From: Leucoraja erinacea
Taxonomy: Eukaryota
Reading direction: 5' to 3'
Assembly (NCBI RefSeq): GCF_028641065.1
Contig: NC_073401.1
Coordinates: forward strand, 31,124,001 to 31,188,000
DNA length: 64,000 bases
Position numbers and translations under genes: made by a program. Of this stretch, positions 61,781 through 64,000 are shown piece after piece (position 1 is the stretch's first letter; every line of letters begins with the position of its first letter). The notes under the pieces were generated by a model that was not told the origin of the DNA, ran no database searches, and was given only the letters and a program-made list of their open reading frames with translations.

Positions 61781-62179
61781 CAAAAAACAAATAAAACAGT
61801 GCAACAATAATAATAATAATAATAGTCTCTTGTAGTTCAGAGCCTATATGGGGTTGTAGTGTTTAATAGCCTGATGGCTGTAGGGAAGAAGCTGTTCCTG
61901 ACCCTGAACGTTACGGTTTTCAGGCTCCTGAACCTTCCTCCCGATGGCAGTGGTGAAATGAGTGGTGAAACAACTTGTCCGGGTTCCACCACATTGATGC
62001 TATGGCTATGAAATTACACTAACATCTCTACTTCCTCAGAAGACCAAGGAAATTCAACACACAAGGGACGGCAGATGCTGGAAACGTGACGAAACACAAA
62101 GTGCAGGTGTAACTCAGCGGGTCAGGCAGCAACAGTGGAGGACATGGATAGGCAACATTTCAGTCAGGTCCGTTCTTAA

Positions 62180-62403
62180 TAATAATAATGTTTTGTTTAT
62201 AGGGACAGTGCATATTAATTAACATTTGCATGTAAATATGCGAGTTTGTAGCTAATCAGTAGCTAATTTCCATCTCTAGTCCCAGGCAAAGGTAGGTGAA
62301 GTGTCTTGCCCAAGGACACAACGACAGTACACACTCCAAGCAGGATTCGAACCGGCCACCTTCAGGTTGCCAGCCAAACACTTAACCCATTGCGCCATCT
62401 GTC
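62180..62403 (-). mobile_element. tRNA-derived CORE-SINE inserted in a Penelope terminus
   Basis: Minus strand: A box TGGCGCAATGG, B box GGTTCGAATCC, CORE-like GTGTCCTTGGGCAAGACACTTCACC and an (ATT)n tail. Confidence 0.7.
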
Positions 62404-64000
62404 ATCCTTCAGACTGATTGTAGTAGGGAGCTGGAAGAGAAGTGGGGCAGGACAAAGCCTGACAATTGATAGGTGGTTACTGAAGAGGGGGATGGGTGGA
62501 CATAGGCTAGAGATGAAAAGGAGACAAGACAGTGAAGTTATTGAGGAGGGCGAGAGATAGCTGGAACCTTGAGGAAGATCATTGTATCTTCTCCATCCCA
62601 AAAGTCCTGGAGAGTAGCTAATGCTCCTTTGTTCAAGGGAAATAGGGATAGTTCGGGAAATTGTACACTGGCGAGCCTCATAGCAGTTGTAGGGCTTTAT
62701 CCAAGGCAGGTCATCATACAAACTGTTTTGACATTGATGGAGGTGATCGGAGGGTAGGGCAGTGGATGTTGTCTACATGGAGTTTAGCAAGGCATGACAA
62801 GTTTGCCCATGGTAGGCTGACCCAGAATAAGATACATAGAATCCTTGGTGACTTAAGTAGGAAAGAACTGCAGATGCTGGTTTCAATCGAAGGTAGGCAC
62901 AAAATGCTGGAGTAACTCAGCAGGGCAGGCAGCATCTTTGCAGAGAAGGAATGGGTGACATTTCGGGTCGAGACCCTTCTTCAGACTGATGAAGACTCCT
63001 TGGTGACTTGGTCCTTTTGATTCAGAACCATCTTACCCGGAGAAGAGGAGTGTGATGGCAACGTGTCATGTTGGATGGAGGTCTGTAACCATTGACGACA
63101 CACAAATGAGTGAAGTTGCAAATAGGGAAGAAAGCAATCAAATACAATGGGATATAAATGTGTTACAGGAATGACCGATGGAGTTTATTCCAAGTGTGTG
63201 TTGCACAATGCAATGAAAACAGGACAGGGATAGGAAATAAATGGTAATTAATATACATAAGGCTATTGCAGAATATTACAAAATGGAATATGTGAAATGA
63301 AATTATCCAGATGTTTGTTTAAATTCCAGTTTTTATTAGAAAAAGTAACTGGTCCAGCTCTGCTTCATTTCAGTTCCCACACCACTCTGTACAAAACCTG
63401 ATAAGTAAAAAGGATCCCAGGTTTATATAATGGAATCAAATCCGCAAACAGCAAACTGAGACACATTGGATGCGTTAGTAGACTTCTCAATCGGGTAAAC
63501 TTCAACAGGTAATTTTTAAAATACAAGTTACAGAAATTAACAATCGAGTGCTTATATTTGTCGCTTGCAAGTGTTCGGTGAGAGGCTGCATTTAAGTAAG
63601 TGTGTAGATATTACATGGTGATCCACTGGTCAATACTTCAATACCACACACCACATGCTATCAGCGTCAAATGCTGAGCCATATACTGGCTTGGTTCACT
63701 AGTCAGGCAAGTCTCAGCAACTTCACACACCTTTACAGGCAAGGTCTCTCACCCTGAGGCAAGAGAACTTTCCCTTGTGTGTCAGGAAACAGGTCTCACG
63801 GTTCTCATGATTCAGTCTCTGGCAGCGTATTGAACATAATTCAGTGGCTGCACTTCTAACATTAAAATGGTGACTTCATTAGATTTAAAGCACCGAGACA
63901 GAATGTGAAGCATGTTGAATGAATGCAAATCATTCCTTCAGACTATATCTTGAACTAATGAGATATGCTTGTCTCACGAGTTAACCAACCTTGTTTCACT

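Overview
Eukaryotic (vertebrate) genomic DNA, most likely from a cartilaginous fish such as a skate or ray. This is inferred from the dense CR1/HER1-type LINE tails, an HE1/V-SINE and Penelope-like termini. I reconstructed four intron-containing genes by hand from splice sites and reading phase, in the order known from human 12q24.31. They are TCTN2 (minus, exons 1-16, 3' end outside the window), GTF2H3 (minus, 13 exons, 314 aa), EIF2B1 (plus, 9 exons, 302 aa) and DDX55 (minus, 14 exons, about 575 aa, with an apparent +1 frameshift in a G run of exon 5). Most ORFs in the supplied track are repeat-derived or low-complexity artefacts. Notable extras: a candidate unannotated spliced gene or pseudogene between TCTN2 and GTF2H3; many Penelope termini carrying minimal hammerhead-ribozyme cores, with tandem and inverted-dimer derivatives; a U12-type intron; a minisatellite that amplifies a splice donor in GTF2H3; a GC-AG intron and an RFX X-box in TCTN2; and a palindromic two-strand poly(A) signal between EIF2B1 and DDX55. 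Gene identities rest on my recall of the vertebrate proteins; no database search was run.
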